From: Rhodanobacter sp. | Lineage (GTDB): Bacteria > Pseudomonadota > Gammaproteobacteria > Xanthomonadales > Rhodanobacteraceae | Assembly: GCA_041663105.1 (NCBI GenBank) | Contig: JBAZRB010000021.1 | Span: 13,798-77,797, forward strand | Direction: 5' to 3' | Length of the DNA: 64,000 bases | Part shown: positions 9,732 to 19,879 of the stretch, one piece after another | How the letters are laid out: each line of letters starts with the position of its first letter | How positions within the stretch are numbered: the first letter of the stretch is position 1 | Position numbers and translations under genes: made by a program | The notes under the pieces: model-generated | Database searches by the model: none | What the model was told of the DNA's origin: nothing | The model's input: the letters and a program-made list of their open reading frames with translations, nothing else

Positions 9732-10142
9732 TCAGTGGCCACTGCTGGCCGTGGCCGGCAGCGGTTGTGGCACCACGCGCGGCAACGCCGCCTGGCTGCG
9801 GTAGCGGTCGACCTGATCCTGTTGCGCCGCGCGGTCGCGATCGCGCTGCGCCTGGTCTGCCTGCCGCAGTTGTTTCTGCAGGCTCGTGTCACTGCTGGCG
9901 GGATGCTTGGCCATGTCGGAAACCGACTGATGCAGTTGCTGCTGCAACTGGCTCTTCTGCAATTGATCGCTCACCTGCTGCTGTTGCACGGTCTGCTGGA
10001 ACTGGGTGTTCGACGGTGGCGCGGCCACCAGCGGCGTGCTGCTCTGCCAGGCCAGCGCACTGCCGCTGGACGCCAGCACGATGGCACCCGTCAGCAGCGG
10101 ACGAAGCACACGGCGAAGCCTGCTGTTTCGTGTATCGGTCAT
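9732..10142 (-). CDS. Hypothetical secreted Gln-rich protein
   Basis: Signal-peptide-like N-terminus (LLTGAIVLASSGSALA), Q-rich low-complexity body. Coding status is moderate. Confidence 0.5.
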   Translation of the reverse strand: MTDTRNSRLRRVLRPLLTGAIVLASSGSALAWQSSTPLVAAPPSNTQFQQTVQQQQVSDQLQKSQLQQQLHQSVSDMAKHPASSDTSLQKQLRQADQAQRDRDRAAQQDQVDRYRSQAALPRVVPQPLPATASSGH

Positions 10143-10193
10143 GATTCCACGCCATCATAGAGAGATATTTCCACGCACTTTAAGGCTCCATGC

Positions 10194-11477
10194 ATGAAAA
10201 TCCTGTTTCGCCTGCTGCTGTGCACACTGGCAGCGGCCAGCGCCAGTTGCGCCCACCAGCAACCGACGGCCACGGCGTCCATGGCGACCCCGGCCGACGC
10301 ACCGACACCGCTGCTGCTTGTCTCGATCGACGCCTATCGTTATGACTACGTGAAACGCGGACTGAGCCCCACCCTGAGCATGCTGGCGGCAAGTGGCGTG
10401 CGCGCCGCTTCGATGCAACCATCGTTTCCGTCACTGACCTTCCCGAACCACTACACCCTGGTCACCGGCCTGCGTCCGGACCACCACGGCATCGTCAACA
10501 ACACCATGTTCGATCCGCGGCTGGGCAAGTTCTCGCTGGGCAACCGCAAGGCGGTCAGCGACGGTCGCTGGTGGGATGCCGCCACGCCGATCTGGGAAAC
10601 AGCCGACGCGCATGGCCTGCGCACCGCCACGATGTTCTGGCCCGGCTCGGAAGCGGACATCCATGGCCGCCACCCGGATTACTGGCAGCCGTATGACGGC
10701 CATGTCACTGCCGATCAGCGAGTCGACCAGGTGCTGGCCTGGCTGGACCTGCCGACGGCCCAGCGCCCGCGTTTTCTCACGCTGTACTTCGACGCGGTAG
10801 ATCACGCCGGCCACAAGTTCGGCCCTGACTCGCCACAGGAGAACACCGCCCTGCGCGAGACTGATGCCGCGATGGCACGGCTGGTGCGGGGCCTGAAGCA
10901 GCGCGGCTTGTTCGACAAGATCAACCTCATCGTGGTGTCCGACCACGGCATGGCCAGCGTGCCGCTGCAGAACAGCGTGCTGATCGACAAGCTGATCCCG
11001 ATGGATCAGCTGCAACAGGTCAGCCTGGGCATCGTGGCCGGCTTCAACCCGAAGTCCGACAGCGCCGCCGCACAGGCGCACTTCGCCGCGATCGAGAGAA
11101 AGCTGCAACAACCGCAGTCGCACATGCAGTGCTGGGACAAGACGCGCATCCCCGCACGCTTCGCCTATGGCCACAACCCGCGCGTGCCCCAGCTGGTGTG
11201 TCTGGCCGACGTGGGCTGGCGCATCACCACGACGTCCTTTCTGGCGCACAAGGACGGCGACGTCAGCATCGGCGACCATGGCTACGACAACGCCAACCCG
11301 CTGATGCAGGCACTGTTCATTGCGCATGGCCCGGCGTTCCGGGTGAATGCGAAGGTGCCTGCGTTTCCGAATGTGGACGTCTATCCGCTGATGACCCACC
11401 TGCTCGGCATCCCGGCGGCGGCGAATGACGGCAACTATGACGAAGTCAAAGACACGCTCAAGCCGGCGCTACCTTGA
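10194..11477 (+). CDS. Ectonucleotide pyrophosphatase/phosphodiesterase (alkaline-phosphatase superfamily)
   Basis: Signal peptide. Motifs FPSLTFPNHYTLVTG, DHAGHKFGP, VVSDHGM, GDHGYDN. Confidence 0.85.
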   Translation: MKILFRLLLCTLAAASASCAHQQPTATASMATPADAPTPLLLVSIDAYRYDYVKRGLSPTLSMLAASGVRAASMQPSFPSLTFPNHYTLVTGLRPDHHGIVNNTMFDPRLGKFSLGNRKAVSDGRWWDAATPIWETADAHGLRTATMFWPGSEADIHGRHPDYWQPYDGHVTADQRVDQVLAWLDLPTAQRPRFLTLYFDAVDHAGHKFGPDSPQENTALRETDAAMARLVRGLKQRGLFDKINLIVVSDHGMASVPLQNSVLIDKLIPMDQLQQVSLGIVAGFNPKSDSAAAQAHFAAIERKLQQPQSHMQCWDKTRIPARFAYGHNPRVPQLVCLADVGWRITTTSFLAHKDGDVSIGDHGYDNANPLMQALFIAHGPAFRVNAKVPAFPNVDVYPLMTHLLGIPAAANDGNYDEVKDTLKPALP

Positions 11478-11495
11478 TCGTCCCCGTTCCCCGCC

Positions 11496-12772
11496 CTACG
11501 GCATCGCACCCTGGCTCATCGGCATCGGTGGCGTGGCCACGTTGACCAAGGGCTTCAGGCGGAACAGGCCAAGCGCAATCAGCAAGCCGGCCAGCACCAT
11601 CGCCGCGACGAAGATCACCACGCCGTTCCAGCCGTACTCGGCGTAGAACAGACCGCCGCCCGCGCCGGCGATGCTCGAACCCATGTAATAGGAAAACAGG
11701 TAGACCGAGGCGGCCTGCGCCTTGGCCTGCCCGGCCCGGCCCGGCGGCCGACCCAGCTGCTGACGATGGAATGCCCGCCGAAGAAGCCGAAGGTGATCGC
11801 CACGATGCCGGTGACGATCCATGGCAGCGACGACAGCCAGGTCAGCCCCACTCCCACCAGCATCAGCGCTAACATCGTCCACAGCACCCGGCGACGGCCG
11901 AGCCGGCCGGCCAGATATCCCATCCAGGCCGAGCTGAAGGTGCCGATCAGATACACGCTGAAGATCAAGCCGACCACTGCCTGGCTGAGGTTGTACGGTG
12001 GCGCCAGCAGGCGGTAGCCGATGTAGTTGTAGACCGTGACAAAGGCGCCCAGCAGCAGTGCGCCCTCGGCAAACATCCACGGCAGGCCGGCATCGCGGAA
12101 CACCACGGCAAACCGCCCCAGCAGCGCGCGTCCCTGCAGTGGCCGGTGCACGTGGTGGCGCGACGGCGGCAGCAGGCGCCAGAACATCAGCCCGGCCAGC
12201 AGGCCGATCAGTGCCACCACGCCCACGCCCACGCGCCAGTTGAAAAAGTCGGTCAGCACGCCAGTGATCAGCCGCCCGCTCATGCCGCCGATCGCGTTGC
12301 CGCTGATATACAGCCCCATGCCCAGGCCGATCGAATCGGCATGCATTTCCTCGCTGAGCCAGGTCATGGCCACCGCTGGCAGGCCGCTCAGGGTCAGGCC
12401 CAGCAAGGTGCGCAGCAGCAGCAGGTTGGCCCAGCCCGGCAGCAGCGCGATCAGCAGCGTCAACACCGCCGATGACAGCAGCGAGATCGTCATCACCGAC
12501 TTGCGCCCGAACGCGTCGGACACCGCCCCCGCAAAGAGCATCGAGAATGCCAGCACGCCGGTGGTCAGCGACAGCGACAAGGCGCTGTTGGCCGCGCTCA
12601 CGCCAAAGTCGCGGCTGAATTCCGGCATCAGCGGCTGCACGCAGTAAAGCAGGCCGAAGGTAGCAATGCCGGCCGCGAACAAGGCCAGGTTGGCCTGGCG
12701 GAACAGCGGCGTGCCATGGCGGATCATCGTGTCGTCGTCGGCACCGTGGGCGGCGATGTGCTCGCTCTTCAT
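11496..12772 (-). pseudogene. MFS transporter (YnfM-like), frameshifted
   Basis: The N-terminal ~345 aa are in the frame of ORF 11615..12847 (start MKSEH at 12772). The last two TM helices (GQAKAQAASVYLFSYYMGSSIAGAGGG...) are in the frame of ORF 11496..12905. The frames switch at a (CCCGG)3 run, nt 11730-11744. Confidence 0.75.
11730..11744. repeat. Pentanucleotide tandem repeat (CCCGG)x3 at the MFS frameshift site
   Basis: Read directly from the sequence. Removing one 5-nt unit restores ...SSWVGRRAGQAKAQAAS... Confidence 0.8.
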
Positions 12773-12901
12773 GCCGGCAAACCTGACGAGGAACAAAAGG
12801 TGCCCGGCATGGACTGCCGACTCCGAAGGTGCAGCGTGTAGCTGCAAGTTCGGGCATTGTCCTTGCCCGGCGAGGCGATGACCAGTTGCCGACGAAACGC
12901 C

Positions 12902-13888
12902 TCACGCACTGCGATCACCACGCAGGGCGCGCAACGCCTGATCATCGCCGGCCGCGCCACGCCCGCTGAGCCAGCCAAACAACGCAATGCCGACCATGAT
13001 GCCCAGCGCACCGAGCGCGGCGAAGCCATGCGGCCACGACTCGCCCAGCAGCTGCACGCCCAGTGCTGTCGCAAACAGCAGCTCGGCGGCCTGCATCGCC
13101 TCGACCGCTGCCAGTGCATTCGGCTCGCTGCGCACCATCTCGGTGGCTCGGAAAAACAACACCGTGGCGATCGTGCCCGAGGACAAGGCCACGCCCGCCG
13201 CGAGCAGTGTCTCACGCGCGCTGGGCGGGCCGATCGTGAACCAGGTGCCGATACCGAACACGATCCACAGCGGCCAGCTGCACAGCGTCATGCCGAACAC
13301 GCGCTGCACCGCATTGAGCACCGTGCCGCTGTGTTCCAGATGCAGCAGCAGTTTGCGGTTGCCCAGCGGATAGGCGAACGCGGCCAGTACCACGGCGCCG
13401 ATCGCCAGCCAGTCGCCGCGCGAAAGCTGGCCGTGCGCGTGTCCCCACTGCAGGGCAAACACGCTGCTCACGATCAGCGCGCCGATGGCCAGCGTCGACC
13501 ACACCAGCCGACGCCGACCGTCGCGATAGATCAACGGCGCCAGCAGCGGCCCCGCCAGCACCGTGGTCTGGAAGCTGCCAGCCACCAGCCATGACGGCCC
13601 GCTGTGCGCTGCCCAGGTCAGCGGTATGCCGAACAGCACGAAACCCACCGCGCTCCAGGTCAGCCATGCACGCGGGTGCCGGCGCAGCTCGCCGGGCAAG
13701 GCGCCGAGCCCGCCCTGCAGCGGCAGCACCAGCGACAGCATGGGCAAGGTGAACAGGTAGCGCAGGATCACCGCCCACTGCCAATGGCCACCACCGGCCA
13801 CCAGGCTGCGGTTGAGCACGTAGGTGCAGGTGAAGAACAGCGCCGAGCACAGCGCCAGCCCCACCGCGGCGAGAGCATTCGAGCGCAT
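12902..13888 (-). CDS. DMT-superfamily / putative multidrug-efflux-like 10-TM membrane protein
   Basis: Polytopic membrane protein. ATG at 13888 (MRSNALAAVG) chosen over the longer track ORF. Confidence 0.6.
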   Translation of the reverse strand: MRSNALAAVGLALCSALFFTCTYVLNRSLVAGGGHWQWAVILRYLFTLPMLSLVLPLQGGLGALPGELRRHPRAWLTWSAVGFVLFGIPLTWAAHSGPSWLVAGSFQTTVLAGPLLAPLIYRDGRRRLVWSTLAIGALIVSSVFALQWGHAHGQLSRGDWLAIGAVVLAAFAYPLGNRKLLLHLEHSGTVLNAVQRVFGMTLCSWPLWIVFGIGTWFTIGPPSARETLLAAGVALSSGTIATVLFFRATEMVRSEPNALAAVEAMQAAELLFATALGVQLLGESWPHGFAALGALGIMVGIALFGWLSGRGAAGDDQALRALRGDRSA

Positions 13889-13992
13889 CGGCGATTCCCG
13901 GAAAACGCGAGTGTGGCAAATTGCGCGACGGCTGCGTAGCGCAACGTCGGTCAGGCACTTGCAGCCCAGGGCCACCCGCGGCCGGCGTACCC

Positions 13993-15207
13993 CTATGGCG
14001 AGGCATTCAGCGGACGCACGCGCTGACCATCGGCGATGCGGTCGTCCGGGTAGGCAACGACACGATCGCCTTGCCGCAGCCCCTCCATGATCTCCACCGA
14101 GGTATCGCCCTTGTCGCCGGGTTTGACATAGGCAAGGCGGGCGCGACCATCAACCACCCGATACACCGCCCAGCGCCGGCCATCCCGAAACAACGCACTG
14201 GCCGCCACCTGCAACACGTCGGGCCGGCGCGCCACCTCGAACTCGACCTCGACGCGGTAGCCATCTCCCAGCGAGGCCCATTGGCTGTGCGGCACCGTGA
14301 TGTCCAGCCACACCTGGGTGCGCTGCTCTTCCACACCCAGCGCCGAAACCTTGGTGAAACCGCCCGGCTCGATCCGCACCACCCGCGCCGGCAACGCGCC
14401 CTCGCCGCCCCAGCGCAGGATCTGCGCGGGCGTGCCCGGCCGCAGTGTGATCGCTTGCTGCGACAGCACCTGCACCATCACCTGCAGCTGGGCCAGATCA
14501 CCCAGCTCCAGCAGCGACTGGCCGGCTTGCACCGGCACTGCACTCTCCTGATAACGATGCAGCACCACGCCATCGATCGGCGAACGCACCTCGATCTGTT
14601 GCCCACCGCTGCGACCCTGGCCGTGCAACAGCGCCGCCAGCGCGGCACGCTGCTGGTCGGCCGCGCGGCGCTCCGCTGCCGAGGCTGCCGCCGAGGCCTG
14701 GGCACGGCTCAGGCGTGCCTCGGCTCCCTCAAGTGTCGCCACACTCACCACGCCTGACGCGCCGAGGGTGCGCATGCGGCCCACGTCGCGCGAAGCCAGG
14801 CCAACATCGACCTGTGCCGCCGCCAGGCGCTGCTGCGCCGCCTGCATCGAGGCCGTCGCCGCCTCCTCCTCGGCCAGCAGGCGGGCACGGTTGGCCGGAT
14901 CCAGCAACGTCGCCCGCGCCGGCTCGATCACCGCCAGCACCTGGCCGGCCTTGACCGCATCGCCCTGCAGCAGGTCGATCCGCTGCAGCGTGCCGGCAAT
15001 GGGTGCCGACAGCAGCCAGCGCCGCGGCAGCTGCGTGCGGCCCTCCTCCTCGAAGTGCTGCACCAGCGCACCACGCTGCACGCTCACCACGTCCAGTGGT
15101 CTTGGCGCCGACTGCAGCGCCCACAGCGCCAATGTCACCAAAGCCGTGACGGCGATAACGGACACGATCAGGTTGCGGCGTTTGATGGTCACGATTTCTG
15201 TCCTCAC
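13993..15207 (-). CDS. HlyD-family periplasmic adaptor (MacA-like)
   Basis: N-terminal TM, coiled-coil and barrel-sandwich regions. GTGA overlap with the upstream permease gene. Confidence 0.85.
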   Translation of the reverse strand: MRTEIVTIKRRNLIVSVIAVTALVTLALWALQSAPRPLDVVSVQRGALVQHFEEEGRTQLPRRWLLSAPIAGTLQRIDLLQGDAVKAGQVLAVIEPARATLLDPANRARLLAEEEAATASMQAAQQRLAAAQVDVGLASRDVGRMRTLGASGVVSVATLEGAEARLSRAQASAAASAAERRAADQQRAALAALLHGQGRSGGQQIEVRSPIDGVVLHRYQESAVPVQAGQSLLELGDLAQLQVMVQVLSQQAITLRPGTPAQILRWGGEGALPARVVRIEPGGFTKVSALGVEEQRTQVWLDITVPHSQWASLGDGYRVEVEFEVARRPDVLQVAASALFRDGRRWAVYRVVDGRARLAYVKPGDKGDTSVEIMEGLRQGDRVVAYPDDRIADGQRVRPLNASP

Positions 15208-17570
15208 TCGCGGGTCTTGAGTACGGCGATCAGATCAAGCCGGGCGATGCGTCGGCGTACCAGCAGCGCCGAGACCACGCTGGCGCCCAGCACCATGATG
15301 CCGGCAAAGGCATAGGTGGCCGTGGTCAGCTGCACCGGTATGCGAAACAGCTCCGACTGGAAACCCTGCGCCATCATCCAGCACAGCCCCCAGCCGGCGG
15401 CGAAGCCGAACGGCAGCGACAGCACCACCAGCAGCCCCAGTTGCCCGAGCAGCAGCGTGCTCACCTCGCCCTCGGTCATGCCGAGCACACGCAGGCTGGC
15501 CAACTCGCGCCCGCGCTCGGACAGACTGATCCGCGCGGCGTTGTAGACCAGGCCGAAATTGATCACCCCGCCGAGCAGCGCCGCCACCCAGGTGAACACC
15601 AGCAGGCTCTCGCCCATGGTGTCGTAGAAACTGCGCACCGAGGCCAGCCGCGAACTGACGCCGGCTACCCACGGGCGCCGATCCAGTCGCGCGTAGAGAT
15701 CCGGCTCGGCACCCGGGGTCACCCCGAGCAGCACACCGGAAACCACGTCGCCATCGCCCAGCAGCTGGTTCAGCGCATCCAGGTCCATGTAGCCCTGCGC
15801 GCCGATGTATTCGTGCACGAAGCCGGCCACGCGCACGCTGCGCAGACGCCGATGCCCGTCCAGTGCCTGCACCTGGATCTCGTCGCCAGGCTGCAGATCG
15901 AGCATGCCCTGCAGATAGTCGGTCAGCAGCACGCCACCGGAAGCCGGTGTCACCGGCCGCAGTTGCGTGTCCAGCGGTCGGCGCAGGCGTGCCCCTGGCG
16001 GCAGGCCATCGATCACCGTGCGGTAGCTGCGGTGGCCGTGGATCAGGCGTACTGGCGCCGTGCGCACCGGCTCGGCCTCGCGCACGCCCGGCAAGGCCGC
16101 CAGCTCGAACACCACCCGGCGCGGCGCCGGCTCGACGAAGGTGACGGCCAGGTCATGCCGTTGGGCAATGCTGAGCTGGGTGTCGACCATGTGCTCGACC
16201 GCGTCGCCCTGGAAGCGCCCCACCATCATCACCGAGCAAGCCATGGCCAGCCCCGTCACGGTCAGCACGGCGCGGCCGGGGCGGCGTCCGAGATCGCGCA
16301 GAACCATCCGTGCCGGTTGCGAAAGCCAGCGCTGCAAACCCAGCCGCTCGATCAAGGTGGCGCCGAAGCGTGGCGGCGCTGGCGCCCGCATCGCCTCGGC
16401 CGGCGGCAGCGCCAGCGCAGCACGCAGCGCCATCAAGGCACCGGCTGCTGCCGCGGCCAGGCTCACCGCCACACCGGTGGTCACCGCACGGAGGCTCAGG
16501 TGATAGGCCAGAAACGGAAAGCGGTAGATGCCCTGATAAACATGCGCCAGCCAGCCGCCCAGCACTGCGCCCAGGCCGATGCCAAGCAATGCGCCGCCCA
16601 GCGCGATCCAGGTGGCCATGGCCAGGTAGTGACCGGCCAGCGTGCGGTCGGGGTAGCCAAAGGCCTTGAGCACGCCGATCTGGTCACGCTGCGTGCCGAT
16701 CAGTCGCATCAGCACCACGTGCAGCAGGAACGCGGCCACGCCGAGGAAGATCACCGGGAACAGCCGCGCCATGGTCTCCAGCTGGCGCATCTCCTCCTCG
16801 AGATAGCGTGCCGAAGTCTGCTCGTGGCGGCCGTAGGCGCCGACGCCACCGTAGCGGGCCAACAGGCGGTCGAGGTCGGTGATCACCGCGGCCTGACGCG
16901 CACCAGGCAACAGGCGCAGCACCACGTTGTTGAAGGCGCCGTCCATGTTCAGCGCCTTCTCCATCGCGTGGCGGTTCATCCACAACACGGCGTAGCGCTG
17001 GAAGTCCGGAAATACCGCGCCGGGCGGACTCTGGTAGACATATTCGGGCGAGGTGCCGACACCGACCACGTGCAGCCAGCGCTGGCGGCCGCGCAGGGTC
17101 AGCCGCAGCATGTCGCCGGCGCGCAACGCATGGGCGACGGCGAATGCCTCGCCCACCACCACCTCGTTGTCGACATCCGGATCAGGCAGGCGTCCGCTGC
17201 GCAGTTGCACGCGATTGAGCAGTGGCTGGCCACCGCGGATCGGCAAAGACACCACCTCGGCACGCACCGGCTCGTTGAAGCCCGACACAGCCAGCGTGCC
17301 CATCGCCAGCAGTCGCGTCTGCGCCGTCTGCACGCCCGGCACCGCCTGCAACTGTGTCACCAGCGTGTCCGGTGCGCGCGTCAGCGGTGCCCACAGGTCG
17401 GCCAGCGCGCCGTCGCGATAGAACAGCTCACGGGTAGTCGTCAGTGACTCGTAGGTGGACTGCGACATCACCAGCGTGGCGACGCCACCGGCAATCACCA
17501 GTGCGATCGCCAGCGCCTGCCCGCGCAGATGCCACAGGTCGCGCCAGCCCTTGCGGGTGAGTGCGCTCAC
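15204..17570 (-). CDS. ABC transporter permease with two FtsX-type domains
   Basis: 788 aa with a duplicated FtsX 4-TM module. GTGA overlap with the ATPase gene. Confidence 0.88.
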   Translation of the reverse strand: MSALTRKGWRDLWHLRGQALAIALVIAGGVATLVMSQSTYESLTTTRELFYRDGALADLWAPLTRAPDTLVTQLQAVPGVQTAQTRLLAMGTLAVSGFNEPVRAEVVSLPIRGGQPLLNRVQLRSGRLPDPDVDNEVVVGEAFAVAHALRAGDMLRLTLRGRQRWLHVVGVGTSPEYVYQSPPGAVFPDFQRYAVLWMNRHAMEKALNMDGAFNNVVLRLLPGARQAAVITDLDRLLARYGGVGAYGRHEQTSARYLEEEMRQLETMARLFPVIFLGVAAFLLHVVLMRLIGTQRDQIGVLKAFGYPDRTLAGHYLAMATWIALGGALLGIGLGAVLGGWLAHVYQGIYRFPFLAYHLSLRAVTTGVAVSLAAAAAGALMALRAALALPPAEAMRAPAPPRFGATLIERLGLQRWLSQPARMVLRDLGRRPGRAVLTVTGLAMACSVMMVGRFQGDAVEHMVDTQLSIAQRHDLAVTFVEPAPRRVVFELAALPGVREAEPVRTAPVRLIHGHRSYRTVIDGLPPGARLRRPLDTQLRPVTPASGGVLLTDYLQGMLDLQPGDEIQVQALDGHRRLRSVRVAGFVHEYIGAQGYMDLDALNQLLGDGDVVSGVLLGVTPGAEPDLYARLDRRPWVAGVSSRLASVRSFYDTMGESLLVFTWVAALLGGVINFGLVYNAARISLSERGRELASLRVLGMTEGEVSTLLLGQLGLLVVLSLPFGFAAGWGLCWMMAQGFQSELFRIPVQLTTATYAFAGIMVLGASVVSALLVRRRIARLDLIAVLKTRE

Positions 17571-18298
17571 CAGCTCAGCTCCCGCGCCGGAATGCGCCGC
17601 GCCGGACGCTCCTCGCGCACGATGCGGCCGTCGCCCAGATACAGCACGCGATGCGCCATGCGGGCGATGTCAGCGTTGTGGGTGATCACCACGGTGGTGG
17701 TGCCCAGCTCCGTATTGACCCGCTCCAGCGCCTCCAGCACACGCACGCCGGTGGCCGAGTCAAGCGCGCCGGTCGGCTCGTCGCACAGCAGCACGGCGGG
17801 ACGCTTGGCGATCGCGCGCGCAATGGCCACGCGCTGCTGCTGGCCACCGGACAGCTGCGCCGGAAAATGATCCATGCGGTTGCTCAGGTCGACCCGTGCC
17901 AGCGCCTCCTCCGGCGTCATCGGCTGCTCGGCGATCTCGGTGACGATCGCCACGTTCTCGCGCGCCGTGAGGCTGGGAATGAGGTTGTAGAACTGGAACA
18001 CGAAACCCACGTGCTCGCGGCGAAACAAAGTCAGCTCACGCTGGTTGGCGCCGGTGAGGTGATGTCCCTCGTACCAGACTTCGCCGGCGGTCGGCACGTC
18101 GAGCCCACCGAGGATGTTCATGAGGGTCGACTTGCCGCTGCCCGAGGGTCCCAGCAGCACCACGAACTCGCCGCGGTACAGATCCAGATCCACGCCTCGC
18201 AGTGCCTGCACCTCGACCTCGCCCATACGATAGGTCTTGGTCAGGCCGCGGGCGCGAAACACCGGTTCGGACGCGGACGACGAGGACGCCGAGGGCAT
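17567..18298 (-). CDS. ABC transporter ATP-binding protein (MacB/LolD-like)
   Basis: Walker [10 protein letters not shown], signature LSGGQQQR, Walker [12 protein letters not shown]. Confidence 0.92.
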   Translation of the reverse strand: MPSASSSSASEPVFRARGLTKTYRMGEVEVQALRGVDLDLYRGEFVVLLGPSGSGKSTLMNILGGLDVPTAGEVWYEGHHLTGANQRELTLFRREHVGFVFQFYNLIPSLTARENVAIVTEIAEQPMTPEEALARVDLSNRMDHFPAQLSGGQQQRVAIARAIAKRPAVLLCDEPTGALDSATGVRVLEALERVNTELGTTTVVITHNADIARMAHRVLYLGDGRIVREERPARRIPARELSW

Positions 18299-18425
18299 GC
18301 GGGCGCTCCACAGCAGGACCGCACGGAGGCGGCAACGAGAGCCAGACTATAGACACCCGCTGCATCGTTTCATGACCTCGGACAACTTCAGGCGAAGTCA
18401 TCGGGCCGTGGCCTCATCGGTCGGC

Positions 18426-19796
18426 TCAGCTGCCTCCTGCCAGCTGTTCCACCACACGGCGATAGCGCGTGGCGATGCGCTCTTCATCGTGATGCCTGAA
18501 GTCCTGCACGACCCAGCGCCCGCCGCACATTACATTTCGTACCAGCGGCGTGTTGCCGGCGAACAGGAAGCTGTCCAGCATGGAACGGGCATTGCGCGCC
18601 GCCAGCAAAGGCGCATGCTCATCCAGCACGATCAGATCGGCGCGGGCGCCGCTACGCAGTTCGCCCACCTGCAGGCCGGACGCCTGCGCACCACCGCGCA
18701 ACGCGGCGCGCCACAGTGTCTCGCCCGCGCTGTCACCTTGCTGCCGTGCAGCCATGTTGCGATGGCGCGTACTCAGGCGCTGGCCGTATTCCAGCCAGCG
18801 CAATTCTTCCACCGGAGAGATCGAGATATGTGAGTCCGAGCCGATACCGAGCCTGCCGCCGGCATCCTGGTAGGCCGCCAAGGGAAACAACCCATCGCCG
18901 AGATTCGCTTCAGTGGTGGGGCACAGGCCAGCCACGGCACCAGTGCGCGCCAGCGCTACCGTCTCGTCCTCGGTCAGGTGGGTGGCATGCACCAGGCACC
19001 AGCGTGCATCGACACTGGCGTGATCAAGCAACCACTCCACCGGACGGGCGCCGCGCGTGGCCAGGCAATCCTGCACCTCGCCGATCTGCTCCGCGATATG
19101 GATATGGATCGGACCGCTGGCTGCCAGTTCGTCGGCCAGCACCTCGCGCATGGCCTGCTCGGGTACGGCGCGCAGCGAATGCAGCGCGATACCCACGCGC
19201 AAGTCATCGCCTTGCAGACGACGCAGCGAGGCGAGCAGTTGCAGATAGCCGTCCACGTCATGGCCGAAACGCCGCTGCCTGGCGCTCAGCGCGCGGCCAT
19301 CGAAGCCGCCACTGATGTACAACACCGGCAGCAAGGTCAGCGCGATACCCGCCTCGCGTGCGGCTTCGATCAAGGCCAGCGACATCGCTTCCGGCTGGGC
19401 ATGGGGAGTGCCATCGGGCTGATGGTGCAGATAGTGAAATTCGCAAACCTGGGTGTAGCCGGCCTTGAGCATCTCCACGTAGAGCTGGGCAGCGATCGCC
19501 TTGAGTTGATCGGGCCCGATGGTGGCGGCGAACGCATACATCGTCTCGCGCCAGCTCCAGAAATTGTCATCGGTGTTGCCGCGGCGCTCGGCCAGCCCTG
19601 CCATGGCGCGCTGGAACGCATGCGAGTGCAGGTTCGGCATGCCGGGGAGAACCCAGCGTCCGAGGGATTTGCCCTGGCCGCCAGCGTCGCGCAGCGCGCC
19701 CTCGGCATCGACGGTCAGCGAAACGTCGGCCTGCCAGCCGCCGGGCTGCCACAGATGAGCTGCCGTAAAACCCTGGTCGCCTGCAGAATCGCCCAT
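18426..19796 (-). CDS. hutF: Formimidoylglutamate deiminase
   Basis: Motifs LPGMPNLHSHAFQRAMAGLAE, HIHIAEQ, WCLVHATH, GIGSDSH, EELRWLEYGQRL match HutF as I remember it from Pseudomonas. Confidence 0.9.
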   Translation of the reverse strand: MGDSAGDQGFTAAHLWQPGGWQADVSLTVDAEGALRDAGGQGKSLGRWVLPGMPNLHSHAFQRAMAGLAERRGNTDDNFWSWRETMYAFAATIGPDQLKAIAAQLYVEMLKAGYTQVCEFHYLHHQPDGTPHAQPEAMSLALIEAAREAGIALTLLPVLYISGGFDGRALSARQRRFGHDVDGYLQLLASLRRLQGDDLRVGIALHSLRAVPEQAMREVLADELAASGPIHIHIAEQIGEVQDCLATRGARPVEWLLDHASVDARWCLVHATHLTEDETVALARTGAVAGLCPTTEANLGDGLFPLAAYQDAGGRLGIGSDSHISISPVEELRWLEYGQRLSTRHRNMAARQQGDSAGETLWRAALRGGAQASGLQVGELRSGARADLIVLDEHAPLLAARNARSMLDSFLFAGNTPLVRNVMCGGRWVVQDFRHHDEERIATRYRRVVEQLAGGS

Positions 19797-19879
19797 GCGC
19801 TTGCTCCGTTGCTGAGGTCCGCCAGTGTAACCGCCCTCCTTGCGATCTCTTCACCAAACGCTGCCGTGGGGTACGCATA

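Noticed and set aside
15441-17447. 668-aa plus-strand ORF
   Set aside because: Antisense to the FtsX-type permease. H/Q/R/A-rich, typical GC-driven open frame.
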